DNA of 64,000 bases, taken from contig OZ244937.1 of assembly GCA_965222075.1 (NCBI GenBank), positions 3,040,001 to 3,104,000 on the forward strand, read 5' to 3'. Under the pieces are notes generated by a model that saw only the letters and a program-made list of their open reading frames with translations, was not told where the DNA came from and searched no databases. The translations under genes and the position numbers were made by a program. The DNA is from Candidatus Latescibacterota bacterium. Its GTDB lineage: Bacteria > Latescibacterota > UBA2968 > GCA-2709665. Positions 1-8,146 of the stretch are shown here, piece after piece (position 1 is the first letter of the stretch; the number at the start of each line of letters is the position of its first letter).

Positions 1-41
1 GCAGGCGCCCTTCTTTTTCGGCCTTTTTCCTGGGCGGGCAA
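1..41. repeat. Dispersed repeat family A copy (GCGCCCTTCTTTTTCGGCCTTTTTCYTGGGCG...GCAA)
   Basis: Near-identical copies at ~2274-2324 and ~2482-2520 and a partial copy at ~247-278; the GGCCTTTTTC...GAAAAAGGCC hairpin is complete in some copies. Confidence 0.8.
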
Positions 42-78
42 CGAACGTCAACCTGCCGCTTCACCTCCTCCGCCTTTC

Positions 79-119
79 TCCCCCTTTCCTCTCAGGAAAG
101 GGGGCCGGGGGGATAGGTC
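79..119. repeat. REP-like palindrome family B (CCCCTTTCCTCTCAGGAAAGGGG-GCCGGGGGGATAGGTC)
   Basis: Related copies at 6284-6321 (same orientation), 6071-6112 and 40397-40437 (inverted). Confidence 0.75.
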
Positions 120-284
120 ACTATACCGCAACACATCCACCGGGTTCGCCCGCGCCGCACGGACCACTTAAACCCAAGAAACACAATAAGTTCTTCTGAA
201 ATCTGAAAGCCTATTTTCTAAGCAGCAGCGTCTGAGCAGCCCCCGCGGCCTTTTTCCTGGGCGAAGGTGAAAAAGGCCAAAAGC

Positions 285-316
285 AAAAAAGACACCCGCT
301 CGGTATGAGCGGGTGT
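285..316 (-). terminator. Rho-independent terminator downstream of tRNA-Gln
   Basis: ACACCCGCTC-ATACC-GAGCGGGTGT stem followed by CTTTTTT on the minus strand. Confidence 0.75.
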
Positions 317-337
317 TATAAAAATAAAAAAAGAATA

Positions 338-411
338 TGGCTGCCCCCCAGGGATTCGAACCCCGATCCTGCGGTCCAGAGCCGCATGTCTTGCCCTTAG
401 ACGAGGGGGCA
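338..411 (-). tRNA. tRNA-Gln (anticodon CTG)
   Basis: Minus strand TGCCCCC...TGCGG CT CTG GA CCGCA...GGTTCGAATCC...GGGGGCAGCCA; cloverleaf with encoded CCA. Confidence 0.95.
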
Positions 412-473
412 GCACAAACAATCAGGGAATTGAAATGACGTCGGATTTATTGAAAAGCTTTCCGGTCCCCGCC

Positions 474-1916
474 TTAATCCGCCGGAACCGTATCCTCCTG
501 TCCCAAAACCTCAAGCGCCTTCCGCATCCGTCGGATGCAGGTCTCCTTTCCCAGCACCTCCATCAACTCGAACAGCCCCGGCCCGAAGCCGACGCCGCTT
601 AGCGCCAGTCGGGTCGGGTGAATCAGCTTCGCCGTGGAAATCCCCAGTTCACCGGCCAGCGTCCGCGTGGCCGCTTCGACCTCCGATTCGCCGAACCCCT
701 CCAGCGCCTCCAGCCGCGAAATCAGCGTCTCCAGCCGGGCCGGCGTATCGGCCTTCCACTGCTTCTTCCTGGCCTTTCCCTCGTAGTGATCCGGATCGTT
801 GAAAAAATATCCGAACGTCCGGAACTCCTGAAGCGTGCGGACCCGGGGCTGCAGCAGACCCACGATCTTCTCCAACACCGCCCTCCGGGCGTCCGCCTCA
901 CCGTCCTTAATCCACCCCTCGTCCCTCCAGCGCCACACCGCCTCCTGCACCAGGTCTGCATGCGGTTTTGCCCGGATGTGCTCGCCGTTGAGCCATTCCA
1001 GCTTCTGCTCGTCGAACACCGCATCCTTTTCCAGCATGCCCTCAACGGTGAAAGCCTCGATCAATTCCTCACGCGTAAAAAACTCCCGCCCGTCCCCCGG
1101 CGCCCATCCCAGCAGCGCCAGGAAATTGAACATCGCTTCGGACAGATAGCCCTTCTCCCGGTATTCCGTAACCGTGGTCTCTCCACGACGCTTGCTCAAC
1201 TTCCTCCCGTCCGGACCCAGCGTGAGCGTATTGTGCGCATACTCCGGAACTTCCCACCCCAGCGCCTCAAACAGCATCATCTGCTTGGGCGTATTGGAGA
1301 GGTGATCGCCCCCCCGCAGCACAAAGCTAACCCCCATCTCGTAGTCGTCCACCACCACGGCAAGGTGGTAAGTGGGAGACCCATCGGCCCGGAGAATAAC
1401 GAAATCCGAGATCACGCTGTTGTCCCAGCGAGACTCGCCCCGGATCCGGTCGTTCCACACTGTCTCCCCTTCCGGAATCCGAAAGCGCACCACCTTCGGC
1501 AGCCCCTGGGCCTCCTTTTCCGCGCGCTGTTCCGGGGTCAGATCCCGGTCGAACCTGAGCGGCCGCTTCTCCGCCACGGCCTGCTCGCGCTCGGCCTCCA
1601 ACGCTTCGGGGGTCAGATAAGAATAGTAGGCATGCCCACTTTCCAAAAGCTGTTCTGCCGCCTTGCGGTGAGCCTCCACATTCTGCGACTGATACACCGG
1701 CTCGCCGTCAAACGCAATGCCCAGCCAGCCCAAGCCTTCCAAGATCGTCGATAGCGATGCCTCAGTATACCGTTTCCGGTCAGTATCCTCCACCCGCAAC
1801 AGCAGCTTGCCACCGTAATGCTGTACGTAAAGATAGTTGAACAGCGCCGTACGCGCATTGCCCAGGTGAAACCCGCCCGTAGGGGAAGGCGCAAATCGAA
1901 GAATTGTCTCAGCCAT
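474..1916 (-). CDS. gltX: Glutamate--tRNA ligase
   Basis: RFAPSPTG..HLGN, LRVEDTD and KLSKR motifs plus C-terminal anticodon domain; start taken at MAETILRF. Confidence 0.97.
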   Translation of the reverse strand: MAETILRFAPSPTGGFHLGNARTALFNYLYVQHYGGKLLLRVEDTDRKRYTEASLSTILEGLGWLGIAFDGEPVYQSQNVEAHRKAAEQLLESGHAYYSYLTPEALEAEREQAVAEKRPLRFDRDLTPEQRAEKEAQGLPKVVRFRIPEGETVWNDRIRGESRWDNSVISDFVILRADGSPTYHLAVVVDDYEMGVSFVLRGGDHLSNTPKQMMLFEALGWEVPEYAHNTLTLGPDGRKLSKRRGETTVTEYREKGYLSEAMFNFLALLGWAPGDGREFFTREELIEAFTVEGMLEKDAVFDEQKLEWLNGEHIRAKPHADLVQEAVWRWRDEGWIKDGEADARRAVLEKIVGLLQPRVRTLQEFRTFGYFFNDPDHYEGKARKKQWKADTPARLETLISRLEALEGFGESEVEAATRTLAGELGISTAKLIHPTRLALSGVGFGPGLFELMEVLGKETCIRRMRKALEVLGQEDTVPAD

Positions 1917-2273
1917 AGGTCCAAAAAAAGGCAAAAACGGCGAAGAGAAAATCCGCCGCAAAATCAACGAATTATACACATTACATGTACGAAATAATCA
2001 ATGAGAACCGGGTTTAGGGATCAAAGCACCTGGGAACGAGGGATCTCGCCCTCTCACCCGTCTCGCCTCCCCTGCCTTCGGGGCGGGGTTGAAGGGGCTT
2101 TTCCGCGCAGATCCCCCCAGCACCACCGCCCAAAAACGCCCAAAAGGTCCGCAGGGCAGAAACGCCTGCTTACACCACAAGGGCAGTTCGCGGAAAAGCA
2201 GCCCCCGCCCCGCGGCGTCTCACGCACGCAGCGGCGTTTGAGCGGCCTGCCTGCAGCGCGGTGCGCCGCGCAG

Positions 2274-2324
2274 GCAGGCGCCCTTCTTTTTCGGCCTTTT
2301 TCTTGGGCGTGCAAGAAAAAGGCC
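2274..2324. repeat. Repeat family A copy with full hairpin
   Basis: GCAGGCGCCCTTCTTTTTCGGCCTTTTTCTTGGGCGTGCAAGAAAAAGGCC. Confidence 0.8.
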
Positions 2325-2481
2325 TCGCCGAAGGCATGGAGTGTGGAGGGGTTGTGGATGACGGAGACCGCAAGGTTATCTTCCAGGCAGCCTCTCAGTA
2401 TGTCAGAAATATAATATAGAACCTGACCCCCTGCAAGTCAAACCGAATGGATCGCCCAGGCTGAGAAGCTCCCCGCACACA

Positions 2482-2520
2482 GCGCCCTTCTTTTTCGGCC
2501 TTTTTCTTGGGCGAGGCAAG
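2482..2520. repeat. Repeat family A copy
   Basis: GCGCCCTTCTTTTTCGGCCTTTTTCTTGGGCGAGGCAAG. Confidence 0.8.
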
Positions 2521-2804
2521 TTTCCGGAAAAAGCTTGTTAGAGGAACGTTTAATAAGGCATTAGAACAAAAGAACAGCCTTTCTTGGACCCGGGTATCTA
2601 CCAAAAGGTTATTTCGAGCAATCCAGGCAATCGGTCGTGTCGAAGCAAGTTTTTATGCCTCTAAAAAGAAGCTTGTTTGTGTTCCCTGTTTGCGATACAT
2701 TACCAACAACCAAAGACGGCGGCACCCATGGCCGGGGTTGATCCATGCGCCTGCGTACCACCAAACGCGGCAAGCAACGCTCAAGCTACTCCTTGAACCG
2801 CACG

Positions 2805-2831
2805 CCTGCCTGTGCGCCGCACGCAGACAGG
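2805..2831. repeat. Palindromic repeat family C (CCTGCCTGTGCG..GCACGCAGACAGG)
   Basis: Copies at 3008-3037 and 3064-3090; partial copies at ~2246-2278, ~3991-4008 and ~58466-58480. Confidence 0.8.
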
Positions 2832-2848
2832 CAGACTGGGAAAAACCG

Positions 2849-3859
2849 ATGATCCGTTTCCACACATCATGGCTTCGGACAGCGCTTGTCGCGGCAGTCG
2901 CAGCGGCGGCTATGCCGGCCATGGCATTCGCGCAGCCCGTCCCGCCCACCACATCGCCTGTCGCCACCGGCCTACCTGCAGCGCAGAGCACTGCGCCTGC
3001 CTGTGCGCCTGCCTGTGCCGTTGGCACGGCAGACAGGTCGCACGCTTGCCTGCGCGCTGCGCGCCTGCCTGTGCGTTGCACGCAGACAGGCAAGCAGACA
3101 GACAGGCAGGCAGGCACGGCGGGGTCGGTATCTTCGGGGCCCACATCCCGGGATGATTTCTACCTCCGGGCCGGAGTTGTTCTCGACAGATCGGAAAAAA
3201 CGCGGTTCAAAGATGCGGACTGTACGAGCACCTCTCCGGCGGCCCTCTATGGCTGCGGGAACGGTATCGACAACGCGCCCCTGAGTTCGCTCGGCGATTT
3301 CGGAACGATGGCCGGTTTCGAGCTCGGGCTCGGCTATGCCGTGGCGCCCGCCCTGCGGCTCGAAGCCGTCATTCAGTACCGCCCGAACTTCTCCTTCGAA
3401 GGCCGCGCCAATTTTACTCAAACCACGGATCAACAAGCCGTCTCCGCGGACCTGTCCTCCCTGACCGGCATGCTTGCCGCTTACCTGGACCTCCCCGAAC
3501 TCGGCCTGCCCCGGCCCGGTCCCTTCAGCCCGTTCATCGGCGCCGGCGGCGGCCTGTCCCGCATCAATATCGATGAAACACATATGGCCTTCCCGAAGAC
3601 GACGACCATTGTTCCAGGCGGACAACGGGGCAATTTTGCCTGGATGCTGATGGCGGGATTCGCGGCATCCCCGCGGGAGAAGATAACGCTCGACCTCGCC
3701 TGGCGTTACACGGATCACGGCGCCGTCGAAACCGGCAGGGCCAAAGGCCGGATCGTCTGGCGCGACGGGAACCGCGACCCGCTGGAGATCGACCTCGCCG
3801 GAACGAGGGCCGACCTGCGAGGGCATGGACTCAGACTATCCTTGCGCTACGCATTCTGA
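2849..3859 (+). CDS. Outer-membrane beta-barrel protein (opacity/OmpW-like 8-stranded family), with repeat-derived N-terminal insert
   Basis: Signal peptide (MIRFHTSWLRTALVAAVAAAAMPAMAFA-Q), amphipathic strands (ELGLGY, LRLE, SPFIGAGGG, LDLAWRY), C-terminal LRYAF. Confidence 0.75.
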   Translation: MIRFHTSWLRTALVAAVAAAAMPAMAFAQPVPPTTSPVATGLPAAQSTAPACAPACAVGTADRSHACLRAARLPVRCTQTGKQTDRQAGTAGSVSSGPTSRDDFYLRAGVVLDRSEKTRFKDADCTSTSPAALYGCGNGIDNAPLSSLGDFGTMAGFELGLGYAVAPALRLEAVIQYRPNFSFEGRANFTQTTDQQAVSADLSSLTGMLAAYLDLPELGLPRPGPFSPFIGAGGGLSRINIDETHMAFPKTTTIVPGGQRGNFAWMLMAGFAASPREKITLDLAWRYTDHGAVETGRAKGRIVWRDGNRDPLEIDLAGTRADLRGHGLRLSLRYAF

Positions 3860-4083
3860 ATCCGGCGGCGCGGTCCGGTCTCCCCGGACGAGGCCATTCG
3901 GGCTGTCCCCGCATTCCGGAGTTGACTGTTTTAAACCGGGAGGGGTGTCAGGATGCAGTTACCATCGGGGGGGTCAGTGGAATACCGGGCGTCTGTGCGC
4001 AGGCAGGCGCGGTGGGTGAGCGCGCGGCCGGAGAGCCGCGGGGAAAAGAGCGTCAGCTGTTCGTCGGATGCGTTGAAAAATAG

Positions 4084-4176
<93 letters not shown>

Positions 4177-4209
4177 GGATCGCTAATCTTCACATGAGCT
4201 TAACTGTAA

Positions 4210-4238
4210 ATTATAACAAAAACAACCGCCAAAATCAA
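4210..4238 (-). promoter_or_regulatory. Sigma70-type promoter for tRNA-Ser(GCT)
   Basis: Minus strand TTGATT-17 nt-TATAAT with an extended -10 TG. Confidence 0.7.
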
Positions 4239-4296
4239 GCCAAAACCCATGCCTCTTACCGCTTTTTGTATTTCGCGTCCCAGGAGGAACTTCGCT

Positions 4297-5160
4297 ATGT
4301 TCAGATGGACACTGATTGTCCTGTCGCTGGCCGTTTCCGGCTCAGCATTCGCGCAGAGAGACTTGTCCGGGGTCGAGATCAAAGCCACCAAACTCTCGGA
4401 TCACGTCTACATGCTGGAGGGACGTGGCGGCAACATCGGCGTGTCCGTCGGCAAAGACGGCGTCCTGATCATCGACGATCAGTTCGCGCCACTGGCCGAG
4501 AAGATTAGAGCCGTCATCGGTGAGCTGGGGGGCGCTGATCCGACCTTCATCCTGAACACGCACCATCACGGCGACCACACGGGCGGCAATGCATCTTTCG
4601 GCAAGAAAGGCGTCATTGTCGCACACCGGAATGTCCGAAATCGACTTGCCGCCGAACGCGTTGACGATAAGCCTCTGCCTGAAGCCGCCCTGCCGGAGAT
4701 TACCTTCGACGAAGGTCTCTCAATTCACTTCAACGGCGAAGAACTACGCGTCGTCCACTTCCCGAATGCCCACACCGACGGAGACGGCGTCGTCTTCTTT
4801 ACCGAATCCAACGTCGTCCACACCGGGGACCTCTTCTTCAACGGCAGATTTCCATACGTCGACCTCTCCAGCGGTGGAAGCGTTCAGGGATACACAGAGG
4901 CCGTCCGGTCCCTCCTGAAGCAAATTCCTGCCGATGCGGAAATCATCCCCGGCCACGGACCGCTCGCCAGGCTGGACGACCTGAGAACATCGCTCGAGAT
5001 GCTGGAAATGACCGTAGACCTCGTCCGGCAGGCCATCGGGGCCGGCAAGACGCTCGAGGAAATTCAGACCGCAGGGGTACCTGAAAAGTGGCAGTCGTGG
5101 GGCGAAGGATGGATGAGCACCGACCGCTGGCTCTCCATCGTCTACAACAGCTACAAATAG
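4297..5160 (+). CDS. Secreted MBL-fold metallo-hydrolase (cyclase-like family)
   Basis: AGGAGG RBS, signal peptide, THHHGDHTGGN (HxHxDH), HTDGD, HTGD and IPGHG motifs. Confidence 0.9.
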   Translation: MFRWTLIVLSLAVSGSAFAQRDLSGVEIKATKLSDHVYMLEGRGGNIGVSVGKDGVLIIDDQFAPLAEKIRAVIGELGGADPTFILNTHHHGDHTGGNASFGKKGVIVAHRNVRNRLAAERVDDKPLPEAALPEITFDEGLSIHFNGEELRVVHFPNAHTDGDGVVFFTESNVVHTGDLFFNGRFPYVDLSSGGSVQGYTEAVRSLLKQIPADAEIIPGHGPLARLDDLRTSLEMLEMTVDLVRQAIGAGKTLEEIQTAGVPEKWQSWGEGWMSTDRWLSIVYNSYK

Positions 5161-5242
5161 GCGTTGCCGGGTCTCAGCCGAAGCATCCATTGACTGCCGG
5201 CCAATCCCATCATTCCACGCTCGGATGGTCTCGAGCTTCTTG

Positions 5243-5554
5243 TTACTCCTTCCCCAACGGTTCGATGGAGAGTCTGAAACCGAGGCTGTTCAGGATTTTC
5301 TCCATTGTGTCCAAACGTGGATTGCCCTCTCTGGATAGCGCCTTGTATACATGGGCTCGGTTCAGGTTCGCCTGCCTGGCCAATCTTCCCAGGCCGCCCT
5401 GAGCCGCGGCTACATCTTTGAGCGCAAGCAGAAAGGCGGATATATCCTGGTCTCTGGCGTATTCCTCCAGGGAAACCTCAAGGTAGGCGCAAGCTCGTTC
5501 TGGATCGCTGAGGAATTCGAGATGGTGTTTTTCAAACGGGACGGAAGTTTTCAT
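5243..5554 (-). CDS. Addiction-module antidote protein (HigA-like HTH, HI1420 type)
   Basis: FLLALKDVA..GG...LA....LNR..YKALS..GNPRLDT pattern; overlaps the toxin stop codon. Confidence 0.85.
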   Translation of the reverse strand: MKTSVPFEKHHLEFLSDPERACAYLEVSLEEYARDQDISAFLLALKDVAAAQGGLGRLARQANLNRAHVYKALSREGNPRLDTMEKILNSLGFRLSIEPLGKE

Positions 5555-5877
5555 CGGGAACGCTCCTTGTAGTCAGTCAGATAGGTTTTGGCCTGCTCGA
5601 TATCTCTCTGCTGCGTACTCTTGTCCCCGCCGCAGAGCAGGAGTACGATGTCGTGCCCTACACGGGTGAAATAGATTCGAAAACCCGGACCAAAGTCGAG
5701 GCGCATCTCAATAACACCGCCACCGACCGGTCGGTGGTCGCCCAAAAGGCCCAGGCTCAAACGGCGGAGACGGGCTTCTATGCGAGCCTGTGTCCGGATA
5801 TCCCGGAGCGTGCTGAACCATTCAGTGAAGGGCTGCTTAGCGTTTTGGGCGACGTAGATTTCAACGGTGAATTCCAT
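5551..5877 (-). CDS. RelE/ParE-superfamily addiction-module killer toxin (HI1419 type)
   Basis: PFTEWF..LRD..ARI..RL.R..LG.LGD..VGGGV.EMR.DFGPGFRIYF...LLLCGGDKSTQQRDI. Confidence 0.88.
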   Translation of the reverse strand: MEFTVEIYVAQNAKQPFTEWFSTLRDIRTQARIEARLRRLSLGLLGDHRPVGGGVIEMRLDFGPGFRIYFTRVGHDIVLLLCGGDKSTQQRDIEQAKTYLTDYKERSR

Positions 5878-6070
5878 TAGACCTAAAATAAGCGAGTATG
5901 AGCAATTTGAAACACTTAAATTCTCCCTAATACGCTGCAACTCAGGCGATTATGAAAATATCGGCTGTCTGTAAAAATGGGGCATTTCAAGTGAAAACCG
6001 GATTTTCGCGTGTTTTTTTTCGAATAGATTGTCCTTCAGGGCTTTAGCCTGAATAATTCACAAAAAAAAG

Positions 6071-6112
6071 GACCTCTCCCCCCGGCCCCCTCTCCTGCGA
6101 GGAGAGGGGGAG
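6071..6112. repeat. REP-like palindrome family B (inverted copy)
   Basis: GACCTCTCCCCCCGGCCCCCTCTCCTGCGAGGAGAGGGGGAG; forms an inverted pair with 6284-6321. Confidence 0.7.
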
Positions 6113-6283
6113 CCGAACGAAGTGTTGCGTAAACAACGTTTTACACATTCTGTGATTGCTCGGACAACGCCATCTCGTCACCCTCCCAATTGCAATTCGC
6201 CGACCAATCACGATGTTTCGACCGGATTTTCTTTCATTCGAAACGTCTTCATCCAATCCAACCGTTCATTAACCGATCACAGT

Positions 6284-6321
6284 TCCCCCTTCCTCTCAGG
6301 AAGGGGGGCAGGGGGTAGGTC
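6284..6321. repeat. REP-like palindrome family B
   Basis: TCCCCCTTCCTCTCAGGAAGGGGGGCAGGGGGTAGGTC, similar to 79-119. Confidence 0.7.
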
Positions 6322-6583
6322 TCGTCTGTTTCAAACGACCCAAATCCAGAATGTATTACACATGGGGATTCACTCTCTCTATTCACTCAGAAGCTGTTTT
6401 TGCTTCGTGATACCGCTATCCGTGAAAATTCATGAATTATGTCAGGTTAGATGATTTTCCGATGTTCGGGATCGCTTCAACACGCTTATTTTAGGCCTAG
6501 TGCATCGCGGTGTAAATCTTTACACATGACAGCACTGCGGCTAATCTACTTGAGTCCCACGTTTTGGCGGAACTACATGGCGA

Positions 6584-7030
6584 TCAGGGAAATGGGTAAT
6601 AACTTTCGCCACGATGCACTAGTTTCTGCAATGCGAGGCCCGCAAAATCCGATGGTGAAGTCTGTTTCAGGTCAATGTAATGGACAGTGTCTGGCAAGCC
6701 GGGAATTGGAGTGTCGTCAAATCTCGCCGGCAGAATGTATTCCTGCTTTTCTTTCAATGCTCGGGCTTGCGCGCTTCGTCGCTCATGACTCGTCCACACC
6801 TTGTCGGCGTATTCTTTAGAAGCAAAGAGGATGCAGTACCTACAGAGATACTGATAGATCTTGTCCAGATGGGAATACAGATCCTTACCCCATAACTCTG
6901 CTTTAGCGTAGTCGTCAAAGAAGACACGGACGCCGCGCGACTTAAGTTTGTCAGCGATTTGTTCTACGTATCCCCGTTGTTCTCCGGCGAACGACAAGCA
7001 GACATCGTATTCAAAGTCTTTCTTACCCAT
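6584..7030 (-). CDS. Stand-alone TIR-domain protein (TIR_2 type)
   Basis: YDVCLSFAGEQR..V..IA..L...GVRVFFD, LWGKDL, ILFASKEY..KVWTSHER (catalytic Glu position retained), YILPARFDDT.IPGL. Confidence 0.88.
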   Translation of the reverse strand: MGKKDFEYDVCLSFAGEQRGYVEQIADKLKSRGVRVFFDDYAKAELWGKDLYSHLDKIYQYLCRYCILFASKEYADKVWTSHERRSAQARALKEKQEYILPARFDDTPIPGLPDTVHYIDLKQTSPSDFAGLALQKLVHRGESYYPFP

Positions 7031-7439
7031 AAACAGCTCACCCTGTTTTTCCCGGTGCGACTGTGCTGATTCCAGCAACAACTCCGCGATTTCCGCAGCC
7101 GCCCGATCAACCGCTGCACTTCCCTATAGAGGCCCCGCACTTCCTTCAGCGTGTCATGAATCCCCGCCATGGCTCCCCTGACGGAATCTTTACCGACTGT
7201 CCATGGATTTCAATTTCATCGGCGGGACCCAATCCGAATGAGTTGCAGCGAGGCGATCTGTACGTGTTCCGGCTTCTTGCTGGGTTATCGATCTCGTTTT
7301 TCCTGAACCGCAAGTAGTGAAGGTGCGGTCTAACGCCGAAAAGTTCCGTGCATCCCCATTCATAACTGTATAAAATTGTATATGCTGACGACATAGTATA
7401 CGGTAACTTGTTTTATTTAAGTAAGTTACGAAATATATT

Positions 7440-7527
7440 TGGCGGTGGGGGTGGGATTCGAACCCACGGACCCGTGAGGATCAACGGTTTTCAAGACCGT
7501 CTCCTTCGACCGCTCGGACACCCCACC
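7440..7527 (-). tRNA. tRNA-Ser (anticodon TGA)
   Basis: GGTGGGG acceptor stem, ACGGT CT TGA AA ACCGT anticodon arm, long variable arm, GGTTCGAATCC, GCCA end. Confidence 0.95.
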
Positions 7528-7541
7528 GGATCGTAGAAAAG

Positions 7542-7570
7542 ATAATAGAAAAGCCCCCACCCACTGTCAA
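7542..7570 (-). promoter_or_regulatory. Sigma70-type promoter for tRNA-Ser(TGA)
   Basis: Minus strand TTGACA-17 nt-TATTAT; a divergent TTGACA lies at 7596 on the plus strand. Confidence 0.7.
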
Positions 7571-7740
7571 GCAATTTGTCCTGAAAAGATTGGAGTTGAC
7601 AAGTCGGGTACACAACCCTTACTTTGTTCCCATCTGCCGCCTGCCGGTCCACATTTTTTCCTCCTGATCCCTGACACAAAAAACGGTTGCTTTGATATGT
7701 TGATTCCTGTATTTTTAGGCGAGTTTAGAACCGGTTTCGG

Positions 7741-8136
7741 ATGGGCAGGCAGGTGATTGCCGCCATCGGAATAGACCTGGTGGATATCGACCGTATTCGG
7801 GCGGCCCACACACGCTGGGGCGACCGGTTTTTGAACCGGGTCTACACCCCCCACGAAATCGCTTACTGCTTCAAAAAGGGTAAAAATTACCGCTCTTTAG
7901 CGGCCCGTTTTGCCGCCAAAGAGGCCACCATGAAGGCCCTCGGCACCGGCTGGAAACGCGGGGTCCGGTGGGTTGACCTCGAAGTGATGCGCAAACCCGG
8001 TTCTGCGCCCGAGATGGTCCTGCACGGACGGTCCGCAGAATTGGCGGCAGGACGCCGCTTTCTGGTAAGCCTCACCCATACCGATACCCAGGCCATCGCC
8101 GTTGTCATCGCCCAATCGCCTCCCTCAACAACCTGA
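7741..8136 (+). CDS. acpS: Holo-[acyl-carrier-protein] synthase
   Basis: GIDLVDIDRI, LAARFAAKEATMKALGTG and VSLTH motifs. Confidence 0.95.
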   Translation: MGRQVIAAIGIDLVDIDRIRAAHTRWGDRFLNRVYTPHEIAYCFKKGKNYRSLAARFAAKEATMKALGTGWKRGVRWVDLEVMRKPGSAPEMVLHGRSAELAAGRRFLVSLTHTDTQAIAVVIAQSPPSTT

Positions 8137-8146
8137 AAGCGGTCAG

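Noticed and set aside
2507-2848. N-terminal extensions in the ORF track (e.g. 2507, 23653, 43532, 51132, 56952 starts)
   Set aside because: Downstream ATGs with an RBS, signal peptide or family-typical N-terminus fit better; the extensions run through repeats or neighbouring genes.
7440-7527. Selenocysteine or suppressor tRNA
   Set aside because: The anticodon is TGA (reads UCA, Ser), not TCA, and the acceptor stem is the normal 7 bp.
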